Of a stretch of DNA of 64,000 nt, positions 49,346-58,523 are shown in pieces (the stretch's first letter is position 1; the number at the start of each line of letters is the position of its first letter). The notes under the pieces were generated by a model that searched no databases, had not been told where the DNA came from, and saw only the letters and a list, made by a program, of their open reading frames with translations. Source of the stretch: a virus (Duplodnaviria; Caudoviricetes); IMG/VR virus record IMGVR_UViG_3300036966_000119, positions 96,001 through 160,000 of that record; one strand, written 5' to 3'. Made by a program: the position numbers and the translations under genes.

Positions 49346-51217
49346 ATGGCTGACAATAAAAACATTGATCCGTTGGAAGCATTACTCAATAAGCAGAAAG
49401 CTGCTCTTGGTCGTCCAACAGATGAACCTGTTGCTACTTCGACTGATGCAACACCAGAATCAACCGGATTCATGAACACTGAAATTCCTGTAAATGAAGT
49501 TGCATCACCCTTAATTCCTGATGATATTACTGAAGATGATATCTATGGTAACAATGATCTGGAGAATGAAATAGCAGCAGAAGAAGCTGCTGATGAAGCA
49601 CAGCGTAAGGCAATGGCTGAAGAAGCTATTAGTCAGAAGGAGCAGAAGAAGGCCGAGACACCTTTCATGCCACCTGATGAGCATGATATGCAGTATCATA
49701 ATGAAGCGATTGCATATCAGCAGGACAAGCTCAATATCGTATCAGGAATGGTAAACCGTGTTGTTGCTAAATACAGAATCATCTCTGGTGGCATCGAAGA
49801 CGTTCCTAATCCTGATCTCGGTACACTCGGCAAGATGGCTGTAATGGGTGAACTCATTGACATCTATCACAACAATGGCGAAAAAATAACTCCTGAGTTT
49901 GAGACTCTTATTCTCAAAAACTGGGTTATGCCTGATGGATCACTTGCTATCAACAATATCAATGAGAATGGTATTGTAATCGATAGAACAATGACAAATG
50001 ATGCTCCGACAAACGTATCATCAACAAAGATAACAAATGATGTTCCTACTGAGGAGGAGAAGAAAGAAACTCCTACAATCAACATCAATGTTGAACAGGG
50101 TACTCCTGTAACAGTAAATGTTGATGATTCTATCGTTGCTAAAACAGCTGAGACAAATGAGGTTAACATCTACGTCAAGGAAGTTACTCAGGAAGAACTT
50201 CTCAAGACAACCATCGTTGAGAACTCAGACCAGGAAGGCATTATCAACGTATATGACTCCGGTGTTAATGATGTTCCTATTACACTCCCTCTCTCAGGAT
50301 ATCGTTGTGTAATGAGACCGATCAACTGGTTTGACTTTATCAAGCTTACCGCACCTACTTCAAACAATGGTACTGATAACGAACTCAAGAAGTGGTCTGT
50401 AATATATGATCACCTTAAGAATCCTTCAATCGGAGAATTCAAAGACTTTGAAGACTTCATGAAGAAGACAAAGTACCAGGATCGCGAAATACTTATGTGG
50501 GGTCTTCTTGTTGCTACTGCTGATGATGAGGAAACTCTTTCATTCACATGTGACAATGAAAACTGTAAAAACAGAATCCAGATCAAGTATCGTCCTCGTA
50601 CAATTATTCATATCGATGATTCACATGTTCCTTCATGGTATCTTCCTTCATATGAATCTGCTCCTGGTCCTGATTCTGTTAAGATCTGGGAAGAAGCAAA
50701 CGGCAGAAGAAAGCGTTACAAGCTTCCTAACACAGGTATCATCGTTGAGATCAATGAGCCTTCTGCATACGAGTACGTTACACAGAAACTTCCTCTCATC
50801 GATACACTGTTCAAGAGATATCGTCCAGATGACTCAATGACAAAGCTTGATCCTCAGGATGTATCAATGGCTGAATTCGATTACCTTGCTGCAAATGCAT
50901 TGTTCGTTTCTGCAATGACAATCGTTCGCCAGGGTAAAGACGGTAAACCCAAGGAGTATCGTTTCACTAACTGGAACCAGATCGAGGAGATTATCACAAA
51001 GGCTCTCGATGCAGAAGACTCTGGTATTCTTCTTAAGATTATCGAGAAGACAAGAGAGAACGTTTCTCCTGTATCATTCCGAGTTGAAGACATCACATGT
51101 AAGTCATGTGGTAGACATATCGATTTCGTACCTATTAATGATATCGGAACATCATTGCTTTTCCAAGTATCACGAAGGCTCAGCAATACTCAGATAAACT
51201 TAATCGAGATGGATTAG
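49346..51217 (+). CDS. baseplate hub assembly / tail assembly chaperone (T4 gp26-like) with long acidic N-terminus
   Basis: LPLSGY, DREILMWGL, C-x4-C (CDNENC) and CKSCG, terminal LLF; AAAGGAG RBS favours MADNK start. Confidence 0.6.
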   Translation: MADNKNIDPLEALLNKQKAALGRPTDEPVATSTDATPESTGFMNTEIPVNEVASPLIPDDITEDDIYGNNDLENEIAAEEAADEAQRKAMAEEAISQKEQKKAETPFMPPDEHDMQYHNEAIAYQQDKLNIVSGMVNRVVAKYRIISGGIEDVPNPDLGTLGKMAVMGELIDIYHNNGEKITPEFETLILKNWVMPDGSLAINNINENGIVIDRTMTNDAPTNVSSTKITNDVPTEEEKKETPTININVEQGTPVTVNVDDSIVAKTAETNEVNIYVKEVTQEELLKTTIVENSDQEGIINVYDSGVNDVPITLPLSGYRCVMRPINWFDFIKLTAPTSNNGTDNELKKWSVIYDHLKNPSIGEFKDFEDFMKKTKYQDREILMWGLLVATADDEETLSFTCDNENCKNRIQIKYRPRTIIHIDDSHVPSWYLPSYESAPGPDSVKIWEEANGRRKRYKLPNTGIIVEINEPSAYEYVTQKLPLIDTLFKRYRPDDSMTKLDPQDVSMAEFDYLAANALFVSAMTIVRQGKDGKPKEYRFTNWNQIEEIITKALDAEDSGILLKIIEKTRENVSPVSFRVEDITCKSCGRHIDFVPINDIGTSLLFQVSRRLSNTQINLIEMD

Positions 51218-51228
51218 AAATTATCGAG

Positions 51229-51516
51229 ATGGGGCTAATGTTCGGAAAGATAATTCCAATGAACATGCTTGCACGAATGCCGCTTCCATTCGTGCACCGC
51301 CTCCGTGATATAAGGATCAAACAGTTGCAAGAAGCAAACAAGCAACAAGAGTTGCAGATGCAACAAGCTCGTGTACAACAGCAGAGAAATATGACACGTG
51401 GAAAATTACCACCAAACTGGAGACCACCGGCACAACCACAAAATATCTCTGGTGGCTTTGATCCCGCCATGTTTAATGGCACACCGTTCGATGATATCAT
51501 AGATGAACTTACCTGA
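51229..51516 (+). CDS. gp51/gpT-like chaperone extension (possibly expressed as a frameshift fusion)
   Basis: IIEMGLMFGK..MNMLARMPLPFVHRLRDIRIKQL; no RBS; frame is open back to ~51142, overlapping the upstream gene. Confidence 0.5.
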   Translation: MGLMFGKIIPMNMLARMPLPFVHRLRDIRIKQLQEANKQQELQMQQARVQQQRNMTRGKLPPNWRPPAQPQNISGGFDPAMFNGTPFDDIIDELT

Positions 51517-51552
51517 TATTTTAAAATAATAAAATAAAGAGGTGAGTTTTTA

Positions 51553-51696
51553 ATGGATAATATGTCAGATTTTTCCCAGTTAAATCAATACATTTACTGG
51601 TTTATACAAAATAATGGAATCCCCTATGTTGTCGACAATTACATTGTCTTGCGAGAACAATATTATTCGGAGAAGACAACTACGTCGGCATCATAG
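51553..51696 (+). CDS. 47-aa hypothetical protein (not in ORF track)
   Basis: AGAGGTG RBS; MDNMSDFSQLNQHIYWFIQNNGIPYVVDNYIVLREQYYSEKTTTSAS*. Confidence 0.4.
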   Translation: MDNMSDFSQLNQYIYWFIQNNGIPYVVDNYIVLREQYYSEKTTTSAS

Positions 51697-51719
51697 GTAT
51701 ATTCCGTCTGGAGGTACTT

Positions 51720-52556
51720 ATGATAAAAATCCCGAATAACATGCTCGAGGAATTCAAAGGTCGTTTCAATACACATAAAGTGAATATAGCAGCATGTAAC
51801 ATCTATTACAAAACAATGATATTACTCAATAAGAAAGCAAAGATGATAGAGAAAAAGAATCAGCTTATGATTACAAGAGAGATATATGAGTCTGATTTCT
51901 TAAATGCTTTAAGTGATATCGAACTTGTTACTCCACCAACTGATGCTTTTATACCCGGAGATGGTGAGAATGAACTAATGACCATCAACCAGTTAGCTGC
52001 AGAATATATAGAGATTACAAAGCGCATGCCCGTATCTCTTATAGAAGAAACATATGGCCCTACGAATGCATTGGTGATCCTTCTTAAGAAAGATCCAAAG
52101 AATGTTGATAAATTCCATGATGACTTGTTCTTATACTTCATGCTGTACAAGTATCTTGATCAGATTGATATTATAAGACTTAATACATTTTCAAACTACA
52201 CACCAATCATCGAATATATCGTTAACAATATAACTCTTGATGATTGGAAGAGTTACGTCAGAACCAACAGGATTAACGAAAAGAAGTATGCTGAGAAATG
52301 TGAAGACATACTGTTCAATCCGGACATAGCTTCTGTATCTAAGTATTACAAGAACTCCACAGATCCAGATGTACCAAATCTCGATATCGTTAATCTTATC
52401 GAAAGACTTGTATCTAACACTGTTCTGAAAAATGATATTATACTGATACTCGGTGTATATCTCGTAATATCATTCGCTATGTCTGATTTTAATAATAAAA
52501 AGGCTAAAGATTCACCATGTGCAAAATATGTACGTGATGTTCTATCTAAAATCTAA
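51720..52556 (+). CDS. hypothetical protein
   Basis: 278 aa with GGAGG RBS. Confidence 0.7.
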   Translation: MIKIPNNMLEEFKGRFNTHKVNIAACNIYYKTMILLNKKAKMIEKKNQLMITREIYESDFLNALSDIELVTPPTDAFIPGDGENELMTINQLAAEYIEITKRMPVSLIEETYGPTNALVILLKKDPKNVDKFHDDLFLYFMLYKYLDQIDIIRLNTFSNYTPIIEYIVNNITLDDWKSYVRTNRINEKKYAEKCEDILFNPDIASVSKYYKNSTDPDVPNLDIVNLIERLVSNTVLKNDIILILGVYLVISFAMSDFNNKKAKDSPCAKYVRDVLSKI

Positions 52557-52646
52557 AATCTAAAATATAAAAATTCGAACATATATAATTCTCCCGAAAG
52601 GAGGATCTGTTGTTAAAATCTAATATAGTAGGAGTGATATAAGATA

Positions 52647-54941
52647 ATGGAACAGAAAGAGATCAATAATGTAAACAACAAAATCAGACGTCGTCGTGGT
52701 ACGATGAACACTGCATCCGAAATCGATAAACGTGCAGAAGAAGTATCACCAATGTCTTTGTTTGGTGCATCAGCAATGGTGTTTCCGGACAAGATATCTA
52801 CCATTCGTGGTGTTATGGGTACACGTCATACATCACAACGTGTTGTTTTAATCAATCCTGAATTCCCCCGTTTGTATACCGGTGCTGAAAATGAATTCGG
52901 TGACAGATCGTCTTGGAACATCAAGACACCAGATGATTGTGAACTGGTACGAACCTTTAGGAAGTTCAAGGATTCCGCAATATCACCAATTGCGTATATC
53001 TTTAAAAATCTGAGGACTGGTAAATATTCGTGTCATGTTGTAAAGCCATGTCACCATCTCGTTGAGAAATACGGTTTCCGTATGAACAATGCGATTCATG
53101 GTAAATACAATGACGGAGATATCTTACCAAAAGGAACCACAATTGCACAATCTTCATCATATGTAAATGATAACTATTGTGCTGGTAGAAATCTCAGAAT
53201 GATATACACAGTACTTCCGGAGCTCACAGAGGATGCTCTTGTTATTTCAGACAGAGCAGCAAAGGCATTGGAATATGACATGGTCGATATTGTAACTGTC
53301 AATATCAAACAAAGTTCTTTCCTTCTGAATAAATACGGAAATGAACAACTGTACAAACCTTTCCCGAATATAGGAGAGGAAATACAGGATGACATTCTCT
53401 GTTCTATCAGAGAAAACTCCTATTTATCATCTGCATCAGAAGCACTGATTCCTCATATCAATGATACCAACTACTGTTCACATGGTATCGTAGTTGATAT
53501 GGATATATATTCCAACGTCGATGTTGAGAATGATCAGTATAACTATTATCTCGGTCAGATACGTGACTGGTATTCTGACATTTATGCTTTCATCTCAACT
53601 ATCGTAGATGATCCCTATCAGGACGACACATCTCTGTTGGATATCTATCATCAGGCCGAAAAATACTTAAACAATTCAAAGTGGGTAACCAAAGAAGATA
53701 TTGTTGATACTGTAATAAAGTTCACAATACTTCAGCCAAAGGAAATCCATGTTGGACAGAAGGTTGTTGGTCGTTATGGTAACAAGTCTGTTATTGCGAA
53801 GATTATTCCATGGCAGCTTATGCCAAGAACCGTTGAGTATGATGAAGATGGTAAACCAATCCCTGGCACGGAAGAACCAATCGATATGTTGTGTAATGCA
53901 CTTGCTGTTCCAAACAGAATCATTGCATTTGCAACATATGAATCAACTATGACATTCATGATGGAAAGAATGTGGCAGCATGTTCTTGACCTTGATGAAA
54001 AGAAGGTTCCACATGATGAAATCATGAACACTGCAATCGACTTTGTTGAAACTTTCAATCCTCAGCAGGGTGGAGAATTGAGACGTATCTACAATGAAGC
54101 TCCAAATGAAACATATGCAGATCTTATTAAAAATGGATTCTATATTCAGATCCAGCCACTCAATGAGAAATGTGTACGTGACTCAATTCTTGAGGCTTAC
54201 GAGAAATGGCCTAAGATTATGAGATACTACAAGATTCAGTCAAAGCTTCGTCACAGATGGGTCGATATTGGTGGAACATATCCAGTGGGTTACCAGTACA
54301 CATGGGTTCTTAAACAGGAACCTTCAAAGGCTATGTCTACTGTTGCTACAGGTAGAACAACTCTCTATGATCAGCCTGTTAAGACCAGAAGATATAACAA
54401 GAATCTTATTCCTTATTCTGACAACCCTATCAAGTATGGTGAATATGATACCTACAACTTCCTTGCAGGTATGGGTGTTAAAGCCTTCTCTAAGATATCC
54501 ACATACTATCGTGGTTCTCAGTATGAAGAAAACTCAATACTCATGTCACATCTCAATGGCATTGGTATTGATACTTCGAAATACAATCAATTTCCACAAC
54601 TTGATAATTTAAAGAACATATTAAAGCTGTTAGGCACTGAACTCCAGACTGATTTATATTGGTATGATACCATCGGTAATGTCGATGAAATACATGACGT
54701 AAAGATCGGTAATGTGGATGTTCCGATTTCTATACCGGACCTTCACTATATGCTTATTATGCATTCATACTATTTACAGTATGCTGCATACAAGCAGGGA
54801 TCATTCGATATGATAGATTTCTTTGCTCAGATGAGTAATACCAATACCTTTATAGGATTAAGCCAGGAGTACATTGACTATCTCTTCAATAAGTTCATCA
54901 ACCTTCTGCCCGTATTACAGCAGAGAAAACAGTATAACTAA
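52647..54941 (+). CDS. multisubunit RNA polymerase beta C-terminal subunit (probably non-virion RNAP)
   Basis: R..M...H.SQ....PE.P...TG.E, GRNL, EDALVIS, GQKVVGRYGNKSVIAKI, LKQ, KYGEYD. Confidence 0.9.
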   Translation: MEQKEINNVNNKIRRRRGTMNTASEIDKRAEEVSPMSLFGASAMVFPDKISTIRGVMGTRHTSQRVVLINPEFPRLYTGAENEFGDRSSWNIKTPDDCELVRTFRKFKDSAISPIAYIFKNLRTGKYSCHVVKPCHHLVEKYGFRMNNAIHGKYNDGDILPKGTTIAQSSSYVNDNYCAGRNLRMIYTVLPELTEDALVISDRAAKALEYDMVDIVTVNIKQSSFLLNKYGNEQLYKPFPNIGEEIQDDILCSIRENSYLSSASEALIPHINDTNYCSHGIVVDMDIYSNVDVENDQYNYYLGQIRDWYSDIYAFISTIVDDPYQDDTSLLDIYHQAEKYLNNSKWVTKEDIVDTVIKFTILQPKEIHVGQKVVGRYGNKSVIAKIIPWQLMPRTVEYDEDGKPIPGTEEPIDMLCNALAVPNRIIAFATYESTMTFMMERMWQHVLDLDEKKVPHDEIMNTAIDFVETFNPQQGGELRRIYNEAPNETYADLIKNGFYIQIQPLNEKCVRDSILEAYEKWPKIMRYYKIQSKLRHRWVDIGGTYPVGYQYTWVLKQEPSKAMSTVATGRTTLYDQPVKTRRYNKNLIPYSDNPIKYGEYDTYNFLAGMGVKAFSKISTYYRGSQYEENSILMSHLNGIGIDTSKYNQFPQLDNLKNILKLLGTELQTDLYWYDTIGNVDEIHDVKIGNVDVPISIPDLHYMLIMHSYYLQYAAYKQGSFDMIDFFAQMSNTNTFIGLSQEYIDYLFNKFINLLPVLQQRKQYN

Positions 54942-54966
54942 TGTAACTTTAACTGTATGAGGGTAT

Positions 54967-54985
54967 CCGGGGCCATGTGCCCCGG
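54967..54985 (+). terminator. intrinsic terminator-like hairpin
   Basis: CCGGGGC-catgt-GCCCCGG. Confidence 0.55.
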
Positions 54986-55023
54986 TTACTCTTAATATTT
55001 TTTTATTAGAAAGGAGAAAGGAA

Positions 55024-57231
55024 ATGTCCAATATAGTCCGAATAGATGACCATAAAGGACAACCACATTACTACGACTTTGGAACAAAGAATGGTTCTTT
55101 TTTGTTAACTGCAAAAGAGTTAAAAGAACTTGGATACAAGAATTGGTATTTCATGTTAGAAGTAAAATATCCAAATCTTAAAGTACAAGATATGGATCCA
55201 TATGATCCCAATATAACTCCTGAGGACATAGGAAAATTACTTGTTGAATGCAAGCATAACCCATGGTTCTTTTTTAGAGAAGTATTACTCATTCCTGTTC
55301 GTGGTGCTGGTTCTGTTCCTTTATATTTACACCGAGCCGGTTTGGCTGCTATCTGGTGTTGGTTCCATAGTATTGACTTTGAATTAGTACAGCCTCGTCA
55401 GACTTATAAGACAACAGTTATTACTGGAATAATGGCATATAACTTATTATTCGAATACCGAAACTGTGATATTCCTTATATGCATAAAACAGAAAAAAGA
55501 TGTATTGATAACGTTGGTATTCTTCGTGATTATATCATGGCTTTACCAAAATACTTGAATCCATGGGCAAATGATAAACATCCACCAGGATTACAATCAA
55601 TGAAGTATGAAGCTCATAATGTTAATATCGCAGTTTTGTCTGCTGCTAAATCTGATTCTGCTGCTCCTGATAAGACTCGTGGATATTCACTGTTTACATG
55701 GTTTGCAGATGAGTGTGAATTCATACCTTTCATGAAGCAAGTCCTTGATGGTGCGAACCCTACAATCGTTCAAGCAAGAATTACTGCTCAGCAACAAGGT
55801 CTTCGTGCATGTATGATGTATGCATCTACCCCAGGAGACTTGGAAACAGATGCAGGTAAAGAATGGCAAACCATTCTTGATAGTATGCCACACTTCGATG
55901 AATCATTCTATGATTTAACCGAAGAAGAAATTATCAAGATGAAATCATTTCCCGGACCCAATGATCCGGATCAAGACAGAGTCCCTGTAACCATGTTGTA
56001 CATCGAGTTTAATCATGTGCAATTACGTAAGGATGGATTATATCTTAGAGAACAATACACCGAAGCTGTTAAGAAACATACTCTTGGTGAGTATCGTCGA
56101 GGCGTATTACTTCAGAGATTCCGTGGTGGTGAAGGAGCATTCTTCAAACAGGAAGACATCGATTACATCGATAATCATACTCGTGAACCTGATTATGATA
56201 TATACTTAATGAAAAAATATCATTTGTATGTTTATAAACATAATATCCAGGTTCCTGATTTAACTTCTGATACACCATACTTCGATATGAATATACCATA
56301 CTTCATAGGCATCGACTGTGCTACTGGTAAGGATGGAGATAATACGGCAATATGTATACTCAATCCATATACACTGGAAGTTGTTGGTGAATTGTTATCA
56401 CCATTAATGGGTGGATTAGATTTGATGAGAACAGTTACAATACTTGCAAAGTTGATACCTCGTGGATTGTTCTGTTTGGAATCAAATATGACAGGTGTTG
56501 ATATCATTGACTTCGTTCAGGAATCACGTCTTGAAGAAAGATTCTATCATGATCCTCGTGCTTCTGAGATAACCAAGAATGTTACTAATCCAAATACAAC
56601 AACAGAATTCAAGTTAAAACAAAAGGCTCATGCTAAACGTTATTATGGTACTACTGTTGGTGATAAGGTTAGAAAGACAATGTTCAATATCTTGAGAGAT
56701 ACTTTACATGATTACAGACATTTGATATATACCAAGTATCTTGTACATGATATCTGTAACCTTGTTCAAAATAAACGAACCGGTAAGATTGAAGCAGCAT
56801 CTGGTGAACACGATGATATGGTAATGGCATATCTTCATACATTGTATATTCTTAAATATGGATATGAGCTTGAGAGATTTGGTGTGAACAAAAATCTATG
56901 CACCTACTCAAAAGCTACTGAAATAATGAGAGAATTCGAAGAATCAGTGATTGAAGATCATATCGATAATACCGCTGGTCTGCAACAAGGATCATTTGAA
57001 GCCCAGTTGTATAATGATATAACATCACAGGTTAGAGAAGAATTTTCTAATCCGGGTGGTTATGATGATTATGGTTACAAACATAATCAATACCAACAGT
57101 ATGGTCAATTACAACAAGCACCTGTTGCTCATTCTACTGCAGCTAATCTTGCTTTCTTCCGTGAAGTAAATGATACTGCCAATGGTTTTGGTGGTTATGG
57201 AGGAAACAATGGTTTCTTTGGTATATATTAA
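55024..57231 (+). CDS. terL: terminase large subunit
   Basis: ECKHNPWFFFRE, PRQTYKTT (Walker A), FADECEF (Walker B), ASTPG, IGIDCATG and HDDMVMAY (RNase H-like nuclease). Confidence 0.9.
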   Translation: MSNIVRIDDHKGQPHYYDFGTKNGSFLLTAKELKELGYKNWYFMLEVKYPNLKVQDMDPYDPNITPEDIGKLLVECKHNPWFFFREVLLIPVRGAGSVPLYLHRAGLAAIWCWFHSIDFELVQPRQTYKTTVITGIMAYNLLFEYRNCDIPYMHKTEKRCIDNVGILRDYIMALPKYLNPWANDKHPPGLQSMKYEAHNVNIAVLSAAKSDSAAPDKTRGYSLFTWFADECEFIPFMKQVLDGANPTIVQARITAQQQGLRACMMYASTPGDLETDAGKEWQTILDSMPHFDESFYDLTEEEIIKMKSFPGPNDPDQDRVPVTMLYIEFNHVQLRKDGLYLREQYTEAVKKHTLGEYRRGVLLQRFRGGEGAFFKQEDIDYIDNHTREPDYDIYLMKKYHLYVYKHNIQVPDLTSDTPYFDMNIPYFIGIDCATGKDGDNTAICILNPYTLEVVGELLSPLMGGLDLMRTVTILAKLIPRGLFCLESNMTGVDIIDFVQESRLEERFYHDPRASEITKNVTNPNTTTEFKLKQKAHAKRYYGTTVGDKVRKTMFNILRDTLHDYRHLIYTKYLVHDICNLVQNKRTGKIEAASGEHDDMVMAYLHTLYILKYGYELERFGVNKNLCTYSKATEIMREFEESVIEDHIDNTAGLQQGSFEAQLYNDITSQVREEFSNPGGYDDYGYKHNQYQQYGQLQQAPVAHSTAANLAFFREVNDTANGFGGYGGNNGFFGIY

Positions 57232-57244
57232 ATAAAAAAAAAAT

Positions 57245-57265
57245 ACGGCCCCGTAATGGGGCCGT
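57245..57265. terminator. bidirectional terminator
   Basis: ACGGCCCC-gtaat-GGGGCCGT with an upstream A run. Confidence 0.75.
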
Positions 57266-57274
57266 TTATATTAT

Positions 57275-58357
57275 TTACTTATTTTTTAACGCAGCTTCGA
57301 CGATACCTTTTCCAACTTTCTTCTGTTTTACGTTTAGAATAAGTTTGTCGGATGGTACAATGTCAGTTCCATACTCCTTCTGTATTTTGTCTTTTATTAC
57401 CGAGGCTGGTGCCATCGTTCCATCCTCGTTGAACATGTAATTTGTTATTGGGATTATAAGATCCCTATCAGTCATTCTTTGTCCCGATAAATATTTCTCG
57501 TTGAATACCTCCATTCCCTGTTTGATTCCAGACTGGAGAGTGACCTCATATGGATCACCGATCGGCTTCTGATTTGTTTCTTTATGTTCAACCACTGGAA
57601 TTACCTTTTTGCCCGGGCCGACATAGAAATATTTGCCGGATATTTTTGAATAATTTCCTGCGAGTATTGAGCGTACCCCAGCAACAGAAATTTTCATTTC
57701 TCCAGCGATTTTACTGGGAATCGCTGTTATCGGTACCTCGGCTACAGCATATAATGCAATCTTCTCCGAAACAGCCACCACAGTATAGTCGTCGAGCCTA
57801 CCGCCGTTTACGTGATTCCTGGTAATCTCCAGGTTTTCATAACGGCAATTTGATTTGTCGTCGTTTTTGTACTTGATGACTTTTCCTTTGGGTATAGTTT
57901 CTCCGGAACAACATTCGTATACGACTCTGGATACCATATGCTTGTGTTTTCCATTTGTGAATTTCAGATATCCGCTTTCATTAATGGGTTTTATCCTTTC
58001 ACCGTCTTTAATGATTATACCTTCTTCATTGGCATATATGTTGTCATACACCGGATGTTTGTGGAACCCTTCAGGAATTGTGAAAACCTTAGGTTTCTTG
58101 TGATATGCTCTCTTGGCTGTCTTAGTCTTAGTCTTAGCTGCAGTCTCTGTAGGAACTTCAACCTTTGATTCTTCGTTTGAGTTCTTTTTGTATTCCTCGA
58201 ATTCAAACATTGTTCCAAGCACCTTGTAGAGAAACTCAGCATTCTTCTTAAATTCGGGGTCAAGAACCCCTAACGCTGATATCTGCTCTACAGTCAGATC
58301 CAGAGCGGCCTCTTTAACTCCAGCAACCTTCTCAGCAAAATCAATAAATTTTTTCAT
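57275..58357 (-). CDS. degenerate HNH_3-like protein
   Basis: GYLKF..HMVSRVVYEC..G.IP...IKYKNDDKSNCRYENLE: HNH fold with both conserved His replaced. Confidence 0.6.
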   Translation of the reverse strand: MKKFIDFAEKVAGVKEAALDLTVEQISALGVLDPEFKKNAEFLYKVLGTMFEFEEYKKNSNEESKVEVPTETAAKTKTKTAKRAYHKKPKVFTIPEGFHKHPVYDNIYANEEGIIIKDGERIKPINESGYLKFTNGKHKHMVSRVVYECCSGETIPKGKVIKYKNDDKSNCRYENLEITRNHVNGGRLDDYTVVAVSEKIALYAVAEVPITAIPSKIAGEMKISVAGVRSILAGNYSKISGKYFYVGPGKKVIPVVEHKETNQKPIGDPYEVTLQSGIKQGMEVFNEKYLSGQRMTDRDLIIPITNYMFNEDGTMAPASVIKDKIQKEYGTDIVPSDKLILNVKQKKVGKGIVEAALKNK

Positions 58358-58424
58358 AGAGTACTCCTTTTCTGAATAAAGATGTGATTTGAAACGTTAA
58401 TAGATTTCGTTTCTATTCTTTATT

Positions 58425-58442
58425 CATATTAACAATATATAT
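58425..58442 (-). promoter_or_regulatory. putative early promoter
   Basis: Minus strand ATATATATTGTTAATATG. Confidence 0.6.
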
Positions 58443-58466
58443 TTGAAACATAAGAATCTTAGAATC

Positions 58467-58488
58467 GAGTGGGCCCGAAGGCCCACTC
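58467..58488 (-). terminator. intrinsic terminator
   Basis: Minus strand GAGTGGGCC-TTCG-GGCCCACTC. Confidence 0.7.
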
Positions 58489-58523
58489 TATCCAAGGAGG
58501 TATACAAATGCAGAAAGTTTTCA

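Noticed and set aside
58119-58138. Short tandem repeat (CTTAGT)x3
   Set aside because: In-frame Lys-Thr low-complexity linker with no evidence of phase variation
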